64,000 bases of DNA. It comes from Macrostomum lignano (Eukaryota). The notes beneath the pieces were generated by a model, which searched no databases, was not told the origin of the DNA, and saw only the letters and a program-made list of their open reading frames with translations. The stretch is taken from the NCBI GenBank assembly GCA_002269645.1, contig NIVC01000793.1, positions 379,152 through 443,151 of the forward strand. The letters are read 5' to 3'. This document shows, one piece after another, positions 61,804 to 64,000 of this stretch. The first letter of the stretch is position 1. The number at the start of each line of letters is the position of its first letter. Both the position numbers and the translations under genes were made by a program.

Positions 61804-62785
61804 CGGGGTGTCCAAAAAGTCTTAGGACTTTTTCACATGACTCCTTTTAACAGTTAGCAAGAGTAACAGCAACTGATTTATTTCATAGTGGCTTTACTTA
61901 CAAAATGAAACAGTGAAAGAACTTTGAAAATATCACGAACTTAATGCCTCCTTAACTGCAGTGGGTACTGCATATCAATTCATGAACAGGAACTGGAGCT
62001 GCAATTTTGAAATCTTACAGAAATTAACCAAATTCAAACTTGCAGTGCGAAAAATCTCTTCAAGCGTGTGCCACATTTCACTGTCTACATCTATGGTACA
62101 AGTTTGATTTTGCATGCTGCTTGTGTGGCACTCTGAAACTGAAAAAGACTCATTTTGAGACGCAGCGGCAAGCTGAAGCCTTTGTTGCAAAGTGTTTGCC
62201 AGAATTTCTTTCCAAATCTGTGGATCCATGGATATCCATTCAAAGCTAGACAGCACAGCATTGGCTCGGCCTACATCCTCTGGTGTAATGAGTTGAACGG
62301 TGCTGAAATTTTGACACAGCTGAGCACGATTCATGGCTTGAAGCAGTATCCAGGACTAACTGCCTGGGCAGTTCTGTCTTGGCTGCTGTTCTTGTCCACG
62401 AAATTCTAAGGCAGGTGTATGTGGATGCCGTTGACGACATGCTTACGCCGGAATTGAATTAAATGCATCCAACTGAAAGGGTGACTATATTGAGAAAGGT
62501 CTCAGTTGCCACTAAGGAAGACATTTGAACTTTTTGAACGACAACTGACTTAATGTTTTCTGGTGCTCCATATGCAGCATCCAAGTTCCTATTATTCATG
62601 TATTGAGATGCAGTACCCACTGCAGTTAAGGAGGCGAAACTTTTGATAAGTTTGTGATAATCTGCAAAATTATTTCACTGTATCATTTGTAAGAAAGCCG
62701 CCATGAAATAAATCAGTTGCTGTTACTCTTGCTGACTGTTAAAAAGAGTCATGTGAAAAAGTCCTAAGACTTTTTGGACACCCCC
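61804..62785. mobile_element. Non-autonomous Tc1/mariner-type element with long (about 200 bp) TIRs and TA TSD
   Basis: TA|CGGGGTGTCC...GGACACCCCG|TA. The outer 51 bp has 1 mismatch; inverted similarity continues to about 62000 and 62570. No intact transposase. Confidence 0.88.
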
Positions 62786-63217
62786 GTACCAAAGCGTCAA
62801 ATTTTCTGATTGGACGAGCCGTGTTAGGCTTTACAATCTCCGTGCGCTTGCAGTCTCCGGCCGGAGATCGGCAACAAATGTGACTCTGGTTTGCGATCTT
62901 CAGTCCCGGAAACAAGTGTGCCTTGCGTTTTCCCTTATTTGAGATCTCCGGGGCTAAAAATGTACATGAGCGGTGTACAGCCACGGGGCTAAAACTCTTC
63001 CAAATAATAATTTCGCATGTGCAGGGACTCACAAGGCCTTATATGCAAACAGCTAACATATCTGTGTACTTAGCAGGGTGAGCTCTAGCTGAGTTTTCAG
63101 TGTAATTGCACAATATATACTTCATTCTCTCTGATGCTCAGTGTATTTTAAAAGCTATTTAATTAAGATTTTACCCTCGTAGAAGGCTGCAAATGTGACT
63201 GAGTTACTTTTTTTCAA

Positions 63218-64000
63218 GTGGAGATAGACATGGCAAAGGCGACTTTAAACCAAGTGTTATTTTATTCATTGAAAAACGAGTACGTCGACATTCTCGGAGA
63301 CTTGTCAGAAAAAGTGAAGGACAATTTGAAGCGCAAAATTCGAGAAAAAAGTAAAGCCTTTTTCTTCCAAGACGGTCAATTGTTCTATAAAGTGAGAAAC
63401 CGGAACTGCAGCAAGAAAAGGCGCCCAGAACAGCCGCGGCGTGTGCTTTTTACGAAGGATGAAGTCAGGGAAAAGATTAAAACACTGCACGTCGAGTCAT
63501 GTCACATGATGGGAATAAAGAGCACCATTGGCCTCTTACCGCGCGATTCTACAGCGATGTGACTGTTACACCAATTGTAGAGTCGGTAGTAAAGTGATGT
63601 AGAAGACGCGAGAACAGATGTGAGAACAAGAAGTTCACCAGCAAACAGCGTGAAATACATCCGATTGAGGTGCTTACTGACGCTCAACGATTGTTCGGCT
63701 TCCTCTGCTTGGATTGCGTTACAATGCCGACCACAACTGAGAGTGGAAATCGATATATCCTGACTTTATGTTGCGAATTTACGAAATTTGAAGTTTTTTC
63801 GACCGATACCAAGTGTACGAGCCGACACGATCGCTCGAGAACTGAAAAGCCTATTTGAGTGATCAAGACAGGGAATTCTGCAACTCCATCATCGAGGCTT
63901 TGCTACAGGAGGGCAGTACGGAAAGACGAGTAACGAGTGCTTACTATCCTCAGACGAATGGACAAACTGAGAGGCTAAACCAAACGGGAACGTCACGGCG
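63218..64000 (+). mobile_element. Degenerate Ginger/Gypsy-type integrase, running off the window
   Basis: KRKIREKSKAFFFQDGQLFY, LHVESCHMMG (HHCC region), IHPIEV..LCLDCV..GNRYILT..FTK, EFCN, AYYPQTNGQTERLNQT, spread across several frameshifts and stops. Confidence 0.85.

Noticed and set aside
61975-62334. 119-aa ORF as an active transposase
   Set aside because: Too short, with no DDE/D triad or HTH; lies inside a non-autonomous element.

Overview
Eukaryotic (animal) genomic DNA, not prokaryotic. It has spliceosomal introns, GC3-rich exons and very high minisatellite density, which resembles free-living flatworm genomes such as Macrostomum (inference only). The dominant feature is a complete 19-exon Dscam gene on the + strand (ATG 6507 to TGA 28756). 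I assembled it by hand with every intron phase consistent: 7215 nt, about 2404 aa, architecture SP-9Ig-4FN3-Ig-2FN3-TM-tail ending in a PDZ-type motif TFV. The ORF track misses several of its exons, including the first and last. Other genes are a frameshifted fibrinogen-domain (FReD) gene (3868-4972), an intronless stomatin (minus strand, 51626-50391) and a 5'-incomplete RGG-rich/acidic repetitive protein gene (57314-59431). Mobile DNA includes a retropepsin relic, MITEs, a CORE-SINE, a long-TIR Tc1/mariner derivative, a Ginger/Gypsy integrase relic and a hammerhead-ribozyme-like unit flanked by 13-bp direct repeats. About 25 distinct tandem arrays occur, including 110 perfect 15-mers filling an in-frame Dscam intron, an array of 18 splice-donor motifs and a 7-kb satellite with higher-order structure. 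Most long ORFs in the track are repeat artefacts. All homology calls come from motif recognition, not database searches.
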